Below are positions 46,484-57,077 of a DNA stretch of 64,000 nucleotides, one piece after another. The first letter of the stretch is position 1. Every line of letters starts with the position of its first letter. The notes beneath the pieces were generated by a model that saw only the letters and a list, made by a program, of their open reading frames with translations, was not told where the DNA came from and did not search any database. Made by a program: the position numbers and the translations under genes. The DNA comes from a virus (lineage: Duplodnaviria; Caudoviricetes). The stretch lies in the IMG/VR virus record IMGVR_UViG_3300010149_000008; one strand, written 5' to 3'.

Positions 46484-49400
46484 ATGAGTCTAAAACTTAA
46501 AGACGCTTTATTTGAAACTAATGAAAAAAATCTATATAAGATTTTTGAAAAAGCAGATAAAAGAGAACTTGAAGGAAATGTTCAAGCGCTTAATAAGCAA
46601 AAACTACAAGCTGTGGTTAAAGCAATTGCAACTTCTTTAAATAACAAGTTACCGGATACGGAAACTGTAAAGCTAAAAGACGTAATGAAGTCTCCTTTAG
46701 GTGTTTTTGGTTTTAATGACATTAAAGCACTATCAAATGTTCCTATTGCACTAGGTCTAAAAATTGATCCTGTTAACATTAAAGGAGATCAATCACAAGG
46801 CATTGATCCTCTTTCTTTTAAAGCTGCAGATACTTTTGATATTATGCCAATACAGATTGTTAACAAATTTGGTGAGGCAATAGGTGGAAATGTTAAAGGC
46901 AACGAGATGATAGGAATTGCTTATTTTCCTGCAATAATGAAACCTTTAGATAATCCAGAATTTCATGTTAAAAGATTTGGATTGAAGCCTCCAGAAAAAG
47001 GTAATACTTTAATGCATATGAAGGTACCTTTAGATATTCCTGTTGAGCTGGTTACTAAAGAAGAGTTTGAAGAGATTCAAAAAGCTTTTCTTACAGGTAA
47101 AGAAGCAGTTATTAATAGAATTAGTAATTTGCAAAAGTCTAGAATAAGTGGAGGAGTTCCGGAGCAAGCAGGTCAAAGTGATGTTGCTATGTCAAAGAAT
47201 AAGAGAAAAACATCTGCAGACAATAAAGATGCGAGTAGTAACGAAGATAAAGATATAGACAACAAGACAGATTCAATAGAAAAACCAGATAAAATGCCAG
47301 AAGCATTTAACTTTTCTACAGGAAAAAAACTTCATGAACATTCTTTGTCATCATTGCTTTTAGAGAGTCAAGATGAAGATCCAGTTACAGAACCTGCAGC
47401 AAAATTGGACAAAGGTGGTGCGCAAGCGGAAATCGTTCCTCAACGAGTTGAATTTATGCTTAAAGATTTTCCTGGAGTAACTATTGAGCAAATGTTTTCT
47501 GTAGGTTCTGATATTTTTGCAGGAGATGAAAAAATAAGAAAAGCTGGTGTTGCCGGCGTTATTGACGATAATATAGAACAAAAACTAGATTCATATTTTG
47601 ATAGTATGAGTAGCTTTCAATTAGCATGTTTTTATCTGTACCTTGAAGCTATAGGTGAAATGGATGAATTTAATGCTACAGCTAATCAAACGGTATGGAA
47701 AAATTATATAAATAATAATTTTGGTGGTTCTATAGAAAATATGGTAACCGCGTTTAAAAGCAATCCTGAATCTCTTGATTTAAAACAAAATGGTATTACT
47801 AAAGATGAATTAGTAGCTTTATTTGATGATTTAAAACAACCTGAAGTTCAGGTTGCAACTCATATAGATAATTCTGTAAGTGGTGATAGTAAAGGATCGG
47901 CTACAGACCCTTTCAGTGAAGATCTTGATTCATTGTTTGACATAATAGATGTTGATGGTGTTGATGGTTGGTCGAACATGGATCCAGATGAACAAATAGA
48001 TGCAGTGAGCTCAAATCTAAGTGGCAGTCAATTACAACAAGTACTTAATACAGCTGAAGAAAACACTGGTAACGAAATGACGATACAAGCATTAACAAAT
48101 GCTGATGCACCTTTTTGCAATTTAGTTGTTGGAAATGAAAAAGAAAGTGACGAAAAATCTAGTATTCTATTTTTTCAAAGTATACAAATGTCCCCTAAAG
48201 GTAGACGTAAAAAAAATATTGTCTTTATAATCTTATTTAAAGATAATGGTGGCTACGAATTTTTAAGGAAAGATCATAAATTTGATACATACAAAGAAAT
48301 AATAGATAATCTTGCAGACTGCGCACTATATGATATTTCAAAAAACAAAGAACCCGATGTGCTTTCTATTTTATCTAGAATAAAAGAATTAGATGCCACC
48401 GAAGGCAAACAAACGATTACTAAAACGCTTCAAGATGAATTTAATATAGATATTGAACATCTTGAAAGTCAAGATGATGACAAAGGGCAAGAAAAACCAG
48501 ACGAAATTCAACAAGCTAGTTCTAAAGTTCCTAATGCGCCAAGCGAAGAAGAGCAAAAAGCTTACGAAGGATTTCAAGATATTTTTAGTGCTAATCGATA
48601 TGATAATAATTTGTCGACAGCGCAAAATAATATTTCAAAAGTACAAGACACAGAGCAAAAAATTCCAGATAAAATAAAGTCTAAAATCGATCAGATTGAC
48701 AAATTATCTGGAGTCGATCAAAATGATATTAAAAATGTAGGTGCGCTTTTAAATGCAAAGAGCGATTTATGTCGAACTATGTCAACTGTAATGGATGACG
48801 TAGAAGATTGTGCAAAAAATTTATCAAAACTTGTAAAATTTAAACCAAAAATAAGTGAAGAAGGCGAAGAACGAAAATTTGTGCCTAAGTATAGGACTAA
48901 ATCTTTTGTTGCGGGTCTTGATTATGTTAAAAAAGTTGCTAATTTAGTAGAAGAAACTTTTAATGCTATGGGAATTAGTGAATTTCTTTCTCAAGAAAGT
49001 GAATCTCAAAATACTGTTGCTATGCTTAATAACAGTGCTCGTCCAATTGTAAAAAGTATATTAGACTTTAAATATAAAGATAATAAAAGATCATATTCTC
49101 AATTTAGTCAATGGAGCAAAACTTATAAAATAAGTACTCGAGTAAATGATCAGTGGGAAAAAAAGACTGGCGATGATGTTAAAAATTCTATTCAATATTT
49201 AATTGAAGAGTTAGTAAAAGCATTTAAAAAAGGCTCAGCACAAATAGAAAAAGAGCTTAATAATGCTATTGAAGATTTTAGTAAAGAAAACGCTGAAGCT
49301 TTAAGTAAAGTTGAACAAGGTGCCTTTAATTGGCGTGAAGGTTTAAAATATGATATTGATAAAATATACAAGCCTTTTAGTAAAATAAGTGGTATTGATA

Positions 49401-52400
49401 TAACATACGAGACGTTTGAATCTTATTTCGACTCATTTGTTGAGCAGGCACAAGAAAGAGTAGAAACTTCAAAAAAAGAGTTTGACCCAAGCATTTTAGA
49501 AAAGCCTTTAGTATTAGACTTAGATGCTGTAATTGGTGAATTAGAAAAAGTTAATATTAAAGACGAATCTATTAATGACTTGGCAATTATATTGGCTAGA
49601 AACTTTATTGAGATAGATGATAAAAAACGTCAGCAATTAACTGCTGTTGAAGCACAAAGATATTTTGTAGAATCTTTTTATGAAGCATTAGATATTCAAG
49701 GAAAGAGCGGAAGATTTTTAGAAAATGCTAACAAAAAAGGTGAGCCTTTAAATGAAATTGTAGGAGTCGCAGCTGGTGCAGTAGCAAGTGCAGCTTTGTT
49801 TTGTGGCGTTACTCTAGGCACTTCTATTGTAATTATTGCTCTTGCAGGTTATGGAATAGGTCAGATTACTGGTTTTGATGACTGGATTAAACGAAAATTA
49901 TCAAAAAAAGTGCTTAAAAAGCAAGACGTTGTTGAAGCTATAATGGATAATGACGAAATGGTAGCAGCATATAAAAAGCTAATAAAAGTTAGTTTGTTAA
50001 AAGCTGCGCAAGAATACTTTATATCTCTTGAAAGTAGTTTAGAAGAAAAATTTAATATTAAGCTAAAATATAGTAATCAAAAAGAATATAGGGCAGTAAA
50101 GACTAGACAGCAAGAAGAGAAAAAGTCTGCTAAAGCTATTGAAAACATGTCTGACTTTGGTAAAGAGCTTATGACAAAAATAGAAGATGTTGGACATGAT
50201 GTTCTTCCTTCTATGCCGGGATCACAACACTTTTCTGATGTCACAGTGACACGTGTTAATAGTGCGCTTAGAGAAAGCAAGCATATTAACATGATAATTA
50301 ATCATTTAAGTGATGGCAATACTGCAGGTCAAGAAAATGCTGGGTTTGTGTATCAAAAAGGCTTGGGTCAGCTTATTCTTAAAGAATCAGAAGAAAATTC
50401 TGTGTCAAGCAAAAAAGAGCAAATAAACATTCCAGTAAATAAAATGTTTGGAGAGCTCAAGAGACTTATTGGTCAGTCTATTTCTAAAACAAATTACAAT
50501 GAAAAAATCCTCAGAGACTTAGAAAAAGACTTTATAAAGTACGGTAATGAAAATTCTTCAAAAATAAGCATAACAAAAGCAGAGAACAAAACAATCCCAG
50601 TTAGTTTTGTAGTACAAAAAATATCTGCTTACACTGGTATACCTCAAGCTAAAATTAAAAAGCAGCTTTTTGAAAGCAAAAATAGAAATTCAAACTTAAT
50701 AAATTACAATAATAAAAAGAACATTGAAAACTTAATAAACGAAAACATTCTAAGTGGTTCTCTTGCTAATCTTTTACTTGAAGAAAGTTCAGTTGTATCA
50801 CATGTAAGCTCTGCAGGTCAATATTCAAGAGATGGTCGATTCTATTTTGAGAACTTGCAAAGCAAGGGCAGCGATGGAGTGGAGAAATATGATTACTATG
50901 TTACTGACTTTGCTAAAAGTATTAAAAGGCCTACAATAAAATTTGATCTTAATGATGTTGGTATTGTACCGTCAAAGGGCAGTCAGTTTACCATTAGTTC
51001 TGAAGATGGGGCTGATCCTACACCTTTTGTTAGATTTAGTGTTGAACACAATGGTGTTAAAAAAGTTTTAAGATTTAGAGCAGATGGAATTGCTAGTGAT
51101 TTTGACAAGGATGTAAAAATATTCTTGAAATTGAAAAATATGGATGCTGCGGAAAGGATGAGATACTCTGATCAAATTAGTAAAATATCTAATCGACTTG
51201 GTAATCTAAAAGGAAAAATTGATCCTAATGGTAAGATTACAATAACATCAGACGGTGAGAATGTAGGTATAATAAAGAATGTTAAAGAATTTAAAACGCC
51301 TCCAATTAGTAGAACTAATAAATTAACTGAAGATAGATTTAATGATATGATTGAAAGTACGTCAGCTAAGGGTGAAATTTATCTATCTGCTTCAGAAAAT
51401 TTACAAGCGAAACATGATCAATTTCTACTACATAAATTAGGTGGTGAACGTAGTGATTACGTAGTAAAAAAAGGTTTAGCTATTCCTAAAGAACACATGC
51501 TAGAAGGAGAAATACAGTGGGGAGATTCAGACGTTATTGAAGGTGTAAAAGCTTTTAAAACTAATGGGGAATTTGTTGAAATAAAAATTGCTGCTGGATC
51601 AACTAGCGGTGAAATTGTTACAATTTCACCTGATGGTGTAGAGCTAGCTTCTAGATCACGAGTTATAGAGCTTAGAGACAAACTTGTCGGAAATCCAGTA
51701 AAGTTTAAAACTACAGGTGATACAATTTCAGATAATGGTTTAGTTTCTTCAAAACTAGAAATGTCTGCGAAGGCAAAGGAAACTCTAGGTAGTGCTGGTA
51801 CTGAGGTTGGTGAACAGGCTGGTGCTGAGGCTGGTGCTGAGGCTGGTGCTGAGGCTGGTGCTGAGGCTGGTTCAGAGGCTGGTTCAGAGGCTGGTTCAGA
51901 GGCTGGTTCAGAGGCTGGAGAGCAAGCAGCTGGTGAACAAGCTGGAGAGCAAGTAGATACAGAAATTAAGGACGTCAAGTCTAATGATTCTAATATAGAC
52001 ATTTTTAAAGATGATAAAGTAGATTCAATTGATCAAGATGCTTTAGATGAAATATATAAAGATCATATGAGAACAGACTCAGGCGGTAATATTAGACTAG
52101 ACGCTCAACATTTAGATGATGATTTTGAAAAGTTAGGTTATAAAGTAGATACTTCTAATAGTGTTGGTGAAATAAAACTATATAGGATTGACTCAGATGG
52201 CAATGCATCTTCGGAAGTAATAGAAACTTTTGAAAACAGTCCGGATGGTGTTAAAGATCTTTGTCAAAAAATAAACGATTTGAAAGGTCAAAGTAATATT
52301 TCTTTAGAAGTTAAAGAAATTAATATGGAAACTAAAACTTTAACAAAAATCGATCCAGAGTCTGAAGGTTTTTTTGCAGGTGCTAAGAAATTCTATAACG

Positions 52401-54718
52401 ACTTGTTTGATTCATCTTCTAGTGTGACAGACAAGACTCTTTCTAATATTGCTATATCTAAAGGCCCACCTATGACTGGTCCTGATGCTGAAGCATTTCA
52501 AAACTTATTTAATGCTGACGGTTTTGAGTCTGCTAAAGTTTTTGAGCTCAAAGGCGGAGGTGGAATAATTGACTTTGGTAATGGTAAAGTAATTGCTTCA
52601 CCTACAATTGAAAATCTAAAAGAGCAATATGGTATAATAGCACAAAATAACTTTGATTTTAAAGTTGCAATGGCTAAAGAGTTTGGAAAGGAATATGCAA
52701 CTGTTTCAAGCGGTGCTGAAGTTGTAGAACCTACGCTTGGTGAGGCTTTAGTGGGGAAAATAGGTGCATGGTTGCCAATAATTCCTTTAGCACTTTATGG
52801 TTATAAAACTTTTAAGAGCATACAGTCAGCTAAAAAAGACGTTATAATAAAAGCTATGTTAGATAGCATTAAAGCTGAGTCTGATATAGGTTTCTTTAAC
52901 ATTTCAGCATCTGTGCCTTTAGCTTATAAAATATGTAAGTTACTAGAAGAAAACAAACAAACATTAAAGGAAAATGGTATTAATATTGTTGGTTCTCTAG
53001 GTCAAGAAAAAGCAGGAACTACTGGAATGGGTAGCCAAAAGTTAGCTTCAAGCAAACTTGTATCTTCTCTTAAGCAGCAACTTAGAACTAGTACTAGTGG
53101 TCCGTTTAAGAAGTGGAGAGGACAATCAAAGGCAAGTGGCGTAAATGCAGATAGTATTACAGATGATCAAATTGCGCAAGCAATAAACGGAGGTTTAACA
53201 CAGATCTGTGTTGGTCTTCTTAAGATTTATGATAAAGAAAGATATAAAGAAACAGTTAAGACTGCAGATAAGGAAAGCTACAGTAAAGAAGCTTCTAAGT
53301 GGTTTAAAAGCAAAAATTATGACAATGTCATTAATAGAATTGGTGGTGAAGAAGTTTCCAGTAATAGAGAAAAAATGCTGCAAAAAAATGTTTCAAAAGA
53401 AGTAGAGCTATTATCAAACTTTATTATTGGACTAAATAGAGACTCAAAAGGTTTAGGTGAAAGCTTTTACAAAAACAAACTAAAAAACCTTTTGTTTGAA
53501 ACAGGATTTTTGACTGAAGTTTCAAATAAAACAATTATTGACGTTAAAGAACTTAAAAGTGGATTAAGATCTTCTGGTGTAGCAGTATACTCTTCAGGAT
53601 TAAAACCTGATAGCAAAGATTTCGTTGAAGGTGAAAACTATTTAGTTGGTACACTTGCAGACTTTTTATACACTAACTTTGACATTGAAGTTAAAGGAGT
53701 AGAAGAATATCAAAAGCTCAACTTAACAAAGGTTGCTGTAGAAGCTGATGTTGATCAAGATGCAAAAGTTGGTGAATCTGCTTCTAAAGAGCTTGAAGCT
53801 GTTGTTGGTAATGGACCGGTTGCACAAAACATGAATGCACCTATGGACTTAAATCAGCTAGCTGGTTTAATTAATATGAGCGGCGGCAATAATGCACTTT
53901 TGCTTATACTACTCCTTTCACAACAACCTCAACTTCTTCAAGCACTTGTTGCACTTCAAGGTAAAGGTGGTGCTTCTTTATTAGACGGACTTAACTTAAT
54001 AAAGCAAGAAGCACCTGAAGATGCTAAAGAAAAGCTTGAAGGGATTGATAGAGACATAGAACAAGCTTTGGAGTATCAAAACAACTCTAAACCAAATATG
54101 TCAAAGAAAGATGTTAAAAGGCTTTATAAACTACTAAATGCTGATCCTTTGAGCAAGCTAAGCAATCAAAATATAATATCAGGATCAAAAATTAACATAA
54201 AAGATTCAAGCATGTTTGTTGCAAACTTAAGACGCTATTTTAATATAACAGATGGAAATGTAGGTTATAGTGATGATGATGTCTTTAAATTATTTAATTT
54301 TATGCTTGGTGTTAATGGATTTTATGATACAGAAAATCTTAAAGCATCTAATGATGAAGGTTATTATAAACATGATAGCAACAAAGTAATTGATAATAGT
54401 GAACAAGAAATTATGTATATAACAACCTGCGCAGGCCTTTATTTAGCTGCAAAGTTTCTTAGACTTGATCATGATAGTATTATTAAAACCTACATAATGA
54501 AAGCAATTGCAGGAACTGACGATGATAAAAATACTTTTTATAGTAAATTAAATCAAGGAAACAATGTTATATTTACTTCGCTTGATATACCAGAGTTAAC
54601 TGCAGAGAATAAATTTAGAAAATCAAAGGTAATTACAAGAAAGCCTAAAAAACTAAAAGTGATAGAAGAGGCTAAGTTTTTGGAGCAAGAGTTTAAACGA
54701 TTATGGAATTTAAGATAA
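46484..54718 (+). CDS. Giant (2744 aa) putative virion-internal protein
   Basis: One uninterrupted ORF, acidic, with recurring L-L-x-E motifs and hydrophobic segments. No enzyme motif recognised. Confidence 0.75.
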   Translation: MSLKLKDALFETNEKNLYKIFEKADKRELEGNVQALNKQKLQAVVKAIATSLNNKLPDTETVKLKDVMKSPLGVFGFNDIKALSNVPIALGLKIDPVNIKGDQSQGIDPLSFKAADTFDIMPIQIVNKFGEAIGGNVKGNEMIGIAYFPAIMKPLDNPEFHVKRFGLKPPEKGNTLMHMKVPLDIPVELVTKEEFEEIQKAFLTGKEAVINRISNLQKSRISGGVPEQAGQSDVAMSKNKRKTSADNKDASSNEDKDIDNKTDSIEKPDKMPEAFNFSTGKKLHEHSLSSLLLESQDEDPVTEPAAKLDKGGAQAEIVPQRVEFMLKDFPGVTIEQMFSVGSDIFAGDEKIRKAGVAGVIDDNIEQKLDSYFDSMSSFQLACFYLYLEAIGEMDEFNATANQTVWKNYINNNFGGSIENMVTAFKSNPESLDLKQNGITKDELVALFDDLKQPEVQVATHIDNSVSGDSKGSATDPFSEDLDSLFDIIDVDGVDGWSNMDPDEQIDAVSSNLSGSQLQQVLNTAEENTGNEMTIQALTNADAPFCNLVVGNEKESDEKSSILFFQSIQMSPKGRRKKNIVFIILFKDNGGYEFLRKDHKFDTYKEIIDNLADCALYDISKNKEPDVLSILSRIKELDATEGKQTITKTLQDEFNIDIEHLESQDDDKGQEKPDEIQQASSKVPNAPSEEEQKAYEGFQDIFSANRYDNNLSTAQNNISKVQDTEQKIPDKIKSKIDQIDKLSGVDQNDIKNVGALLNAKSDLCRTMSTVMDDVEDCAKNLSKLVKFKPKISEEGEERKFVPKYRTKSFVAGLDYVKKVANLVEETFNAMGISEFLSQESESQNTVAMLNNSARPIVKSILDFKYKDNKRSYSQFSQWSKTYKISTRVNDQWEKKTGDDVKNSIQYLIEELVKAFKKGSAQIEKELNNAIEDFSKENAEALSKVEQGAFNWREGLKYDIDKIYKPFSKISGIDITYETFESYFDSFVEQAQERVETSKKEFDPSILEKPLVLDLDAVIGELEKVNIKDESINDLAIILARNFIEIDDKKRQQLTAVEAQRYFVESFYEALDIQGKSGRFLENANKKGEPLNEIVGVAAGAVASAALFCGVTLGTSIVIIALAGYGIGQITGFDDWIKRKLSKKVLKKQDVVEAIMDNDEMVAAYKKLIKVSLLKAAQEYFISLESSLEEKFNIKLKYSNQKEYRAVKTRQQEEKKSAKAIENMSDFGKELMTKIEDVGHDVLPSMPGSQHFSDVTVTRVNSALRESKHINMIINHLSDGNTAGQENAGFVYQKGLGQLILKESEENSVSSKKEQINIPVNKMFGELKRLIGQSISKTNYNEKILRDLEKDFIKYGNENSSKISITKAENKTIPVSFVVQKISAYTGIPQAKIKKQLFESKNRNSNLINYNNKKNIENLINENILSGSLANLLLEESSVVSHVSSAGQYSRDGRFYFENLQSKGSDGVEKYDYYVTDFAKSIKRPTIKFDLNDVGIVPSKGSQFTISSEDGADPTPFVRFSVEHNGVKKVLRFRADGIASDFDKDVKIFLKLKNMDAAERMRYSDQISKISNRLGNLKGKIDPNGKITITSDGENVGIIKNVKEFKTPPISRTNKLTEDRFNDMIESTSAKGEIYLSASENLQAKHDQFLLHKLGGERSDYVVKKGLAIPKEHMLEGEIQWGDSDVIEGVKAFKTNGEFVEIKIAAGSTSGEIVTISPDGVELASRSRVIELRDKLVGNPVKFKTTGDTISDNGLVSSKLEMSAKAKETLGSAGTEVGEQAGAEAGAEAGAEAGAEAGSEAGSEAGSEAGSEAGEQAAGEQAGEQVDTEIKDVKSNDSNIDIFKDDKVDSIDQDALDEIYKDHMRTDSGGNIRLDAQHLDDDFEKLGYKVDTSNSVGEIKLYRIDSDGNASSEVIETFENSPDGVKDLCQKINDLKGQSNISLEVKEINMETKTLTKIDPESEGFFAGAKKFYNDLFDSSSSVTDKTLSNIAISKGPPMTGPDAEAFQNLFNADGFESAKVFELKGGGGIIDFGNGKVIASPTIENLKEQYGIIAQNNFDFKVAMAKEFGKEYATVSSGAEVVEPTLGEALVGKIGAWLPIIPLALYGYKTFKSIQSAKKDVIIKAMLDSIKAESDIGFFNISASVPLAYKICKLLEENKQTLKENGINIVGSLGQEKAGTTGMGSQKLASSKLVSSLKQQLRTSTSGPFKKWRGQSKASGVNADSITDDQIAQAINGGLTQICVGLLKIYDKERYKETVKTADKESYSKEASKWFKSKNYDNVINRIGGEEVSSNREKMLQKNVSKEVELLSNFIIGLNRDSKGLGESFYKNKLKNLLFETGFLTEVSNKTIIDVKELKSGLRSSGVAVYSSGLKPDSKDFVEGENYLVGTLADFLYTNFDIEVKGVEEYQKLNLTKVAVEADVDQDAKVGESASKELEAVVGNGPVAQNMNAPMDLNQLAGLINMSGGNNALLLILLLSQQPQLLQALVALQGKGGASLLDGLNLIKQEAPEDAKEKLEGIDRDIEQALEYQNNSKPNMSKKDVKRLYKLLNADPLSKLSNQNIISGSKINIKDSSMFVANLRRYFNITDGNVGYSDDDVFKLFNFMLGVNGFYDTENLKASNDEGYYKHDSNKVIDNSEQEIMYITTCAGLYLAAKFLRLDHDSIIKTYIMKAIAGTDDDKNTFYSKLNQGNNVIFTSLDIPELTAENKFRKSKVITRKPKKLKVIEEAKFLEQEFKRLWNLR
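51818..51913 (+). repeat. 12-bp tandem repeat, 8 units: (GCTGGTGCTGAG)x4 then (GCTGGTTCAGAG)x4
   Basis: Read directly from the sequence. Encodes (AGAE)4(AGSE)4, followed by degenerate AGEQ units. Confidence 0.95.
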
Positions 54719-54728
54719 GGTTTTAAAA

Positions 54729-55190
54729 ATGAAGCTTAACGAGAATATGATGAAAAAAGTTTTAAAAGAAGAGTATGACAAGAGAATAAAATATTTTCTT
54801 ACAGAAAAGATAACTGTTAAAGATAAACGTGGTGTAAATGTTTTGCAATATGCTAATGGTCTTAAAGTTTTAGATAGTGCAGGAAATCAATACTCTTTTG
54901 ATGGAGTAGTTAAAAAAGGAAATGAAGAATTTGCTAAACTTTACTTACCTGATGAGCCTCGTAAAGATGCTTATGGAGTAAGTGGAGGATCAACTTTGCA
55001 TGAAGATGAAAGAGGCGAAATTGGATTTTACAGTAGATCTAATGGAAACATGAGAGACGTTTCGGCTGTTGATGACGTTGAAATGCCAGAAGAAAGACCT
55101 TCCTCACCTAAACTTCCAGATAGAAAATTTATACTAGTTCCTATGGGTGAATTTGAGCAAAGATTTAAACTTAAAACTGAAGAAGAGTAA
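54729..55190 (+). CDS. Hypothetical protein with a leader motif
   Basis: MKLNENMMKKVLKEEY N-terminus. Confidence 0.7.
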   Translation: MKLNENMMKKVLKEEYDKRIKYFLTEKITVKDKRGVNVLQYANGLKVLDSAGNQYSFDGVVKKGNEEFAKLYLPDEPRKDAYGVSGGSTLHEDERGEIGFYSRSNGNMRDVSAVDDVEMPEERPSSPKLPDRKFILVPMGEFEQRFKLKTEEE

Positions 55191-55198
55191 AACTTATT

Positions 55199-55936
55199 AT
55201 GCATATAAATAATTTAATTAAAAAAGCGATCGCTGAAACATTAGAAGAAAAAGGATTATCAACCAATGCTAGTCAAGAAAGATTAACAGAGAACAATCTT
55301 GTTTCATCTGGAGTTATGTCTGAGGCTTATGTCGCTGAAGCTGGAAAGTTTAATTTAAAAACAGAACTTTTATCAGATAAAACTAAGAAAGCACATCAAG
55401 AACTTTTAGAAGGATACGTTGAAAATCTTAACAAAGTTTCTGCAAAGTTAGACGGAGTAGACAAATCTTCAGCTAATTTAAACCACTCTGACTTTCGAAA
55501 CTTAAAGGTAGACGAAACTTACAATCATAATGCTGCATTTTTACATGGCATGTATTTTGAAAACATAAGTGACTTAAATAGTCAGATTACAGTTGATTCA
55601 TTGACTTATATGAAGTTAGCAAGAGACTTTGGCACGTTTGATAAGTGGCAAGAAGATTTTGTTGCTTGTTGTCTTTCAGCAAGAAATGGTTGGGCTGTTA
55701 CTTTTTATAATCCAAATCTTAAAAGATATATGAATACTGTTATTGACTTACATAGCCAAAACGTAATGATTAGCATGCTTCCAGTTGTTGTAATGGATTG
55801 TTGGGAACATAGTTATTATAGAGATTATCTTAAAGACAGAAAAACATATGTCTATGGAATGATGAAAGAGATAGATTGGTCTATTGTTGAGAATAGAGTT
55901 AAATTATCTGAAAAAATTGCGAAAGTGTTAGGTTAA
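55199..55936 (+). CDS. sod: Fe/Mn superoxide dismutase with an N-terminal extension
   Basis: H in KAHQELLEGYVENLN, H in AAFLHGMYF, signature DCWEHSYYRDY, FGTFDKWQEDF...GWA. Confidence 0.85.
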   Translation: MHINNLIKKAIAETLEEKGLSTNASQERLTENNLVSSGVMSEAYVAEAGKFNLKTELLSDKTKKAHQELLEGYVENLNKVSAKLDGVDKSSANLNHSDFRNLKVDETYNHNAAFLHGMYFENISDLNSQITVDSLTYMKLARDFGTFDKWQEDFVACCLSARNGWAVTFYNPNLKRYMNTVIDLHSQNVMISMLPVVVMDCWEHSYYRDYLKDRKTYVYGMMKEIDWSIVENRVKLSEKIAKVLG

Positions 55937-55938
55937 TC

Positions 55939-56769
55939 ATGTCTGATAGATTTTTAAACAATATGAAGTATATGCTAGAAAATACTAGAGGTTTGTCATT
56001 AAAAGTTTTACTTGAAGACAAAGAAGATAAAGAAGACAAAGAAGATAAAGAAGACCCCTTTGCAGATGCGTTCGACAGTAATGACGAAGATGAAAAGGAC
56101 ACAGACAAAGAAGATAAAAAGAGCGCAGAAGAAGGTGAAGATGAAGAAGGTGAAGATGACGTAACTGAGCCTGAAGAAAGCACTGATAGTTCTGCTGGTG
56201 TATATGATGATTTACATAGCTTGTCTGATTTTACAAAAACAGTTTCTGACGCTAATGATGAAAAAGAAAGAGTTAAAAATAAATTTAAGTTTAAACCTGA
56301 AGCTATAATTTCTTCTTCGTTTGATCCTATAATAAGTCATAAAAACAAGTCTTCTTTAATTTTAAAGAATTTACTCTTAATGAAAGAAGAAAGTAAATTT
56401 GACAAAACTTTAGATAAAGTAGAAAAGTCAATAGAAGATGAGCAAAAAAGAATAGAAAAATTAGGAGATGATGCACATTCTATTTCTTCAAAGATAGTAA
56501 AAGGATTTAATATAAATCATGAAAAAGAATCAGCAGAAGCTTTAAATAATTTTAAAAACTTTGATGCTAAATTTAGCAAAGCTGAGCTTGTTGCAAACAT
56601 GTATATTGATAAAATATCTGATTTAAGTTCGCCTCAAGACTTAGAAAGAAACATAAAAGATTTTTTATCTAGATTTAACCAGCTTTTACCAGACAGCGAT
56701 AAGATTGATATACAGGAAAAGCCGACTTCATATAATACAGGCACAGGCGGCAAAACACCGTCAGGATAA
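55939..56769 (+). CDS. Acidic hypothetical protein (putative head-internal or scaffold-like)
   Basis: MLEN...SLKVLLED leader and an E/D-rich low-complexity segment. Confidence 0.7.
   Translation: MSDRFLNNMKYMLENTRGLSLKVLLEDKEDKEDKEDKEDPFADAFDSNDEDEKDTDKEDKKSAEEGEDEEGEDDVTEPEESTDSSAGVYDDLHSLSDFTKTVSDANDEKERVKNKFKFKPEAIISSSFDPIISHKNKSSLILKNLLLMKEESKFDKTLDKVEKSIEDEQKRIEKLGDDAHSISSKIVKGFNINHEKESAEALNNFKNFDAKFSKAELVANMYIDKISDLSSPQDLERNIKDFLSRFNQLLPDSDKIDIQEKPTSYNTGTGGKTPSG
56014..56055 (+). repeat. 9-bp GAAGAYAAA repeat encoding (EDK)n
   Basis: gaagacaaagaagataaagaagacaaagaagataaagaagac read directly from the sequence. Confidence 0.85.
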
Positions 56770-56780
56770 GGCTTTTAAAA

Positions 56781-57077
56781 ATGAATGAAAAACAATTGGC
56801 AAACAAAATAGTGAATAACAAAACAATTCACTTTGAGTTGCAAGGAAACATTCATAGAAAACTTAGAGCACTTTTATTCTTAAAAGAAATGTCAATGCAA
56901 AAATTTTTTAGACTCATGTCAGAAAAGTTTGTTGACGGAGATGACTATATAATTAGTCTTATAGAACAAAGAGTTAAAGAAGAAAAGACAAACAAGATTT
57001 CAAAGTTAAAAAATATAAATACGAAAGATTTGTACGATGCTATCGAAGAAAATTCTCCTCTTAAAGAAAAAGATTAA
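56781..57077 (+). CDS. Putative ribbon-helix-helix DNA-binding protein
   Basis: TIHFELQGNIHRKLRALLFLKEMSMQKFFR has the beta-strand, helix, helix RHH pattern. Confidence 0.5.
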   Translation: MNEKQLANKIVNNKTIHFELQGNIHRKLRALLFLKEMSMQKFFRLMSEKFVDGDDYIISLIEQRVKEEKTNKISKLKNINTKDLYDAIEENSPLKEKD

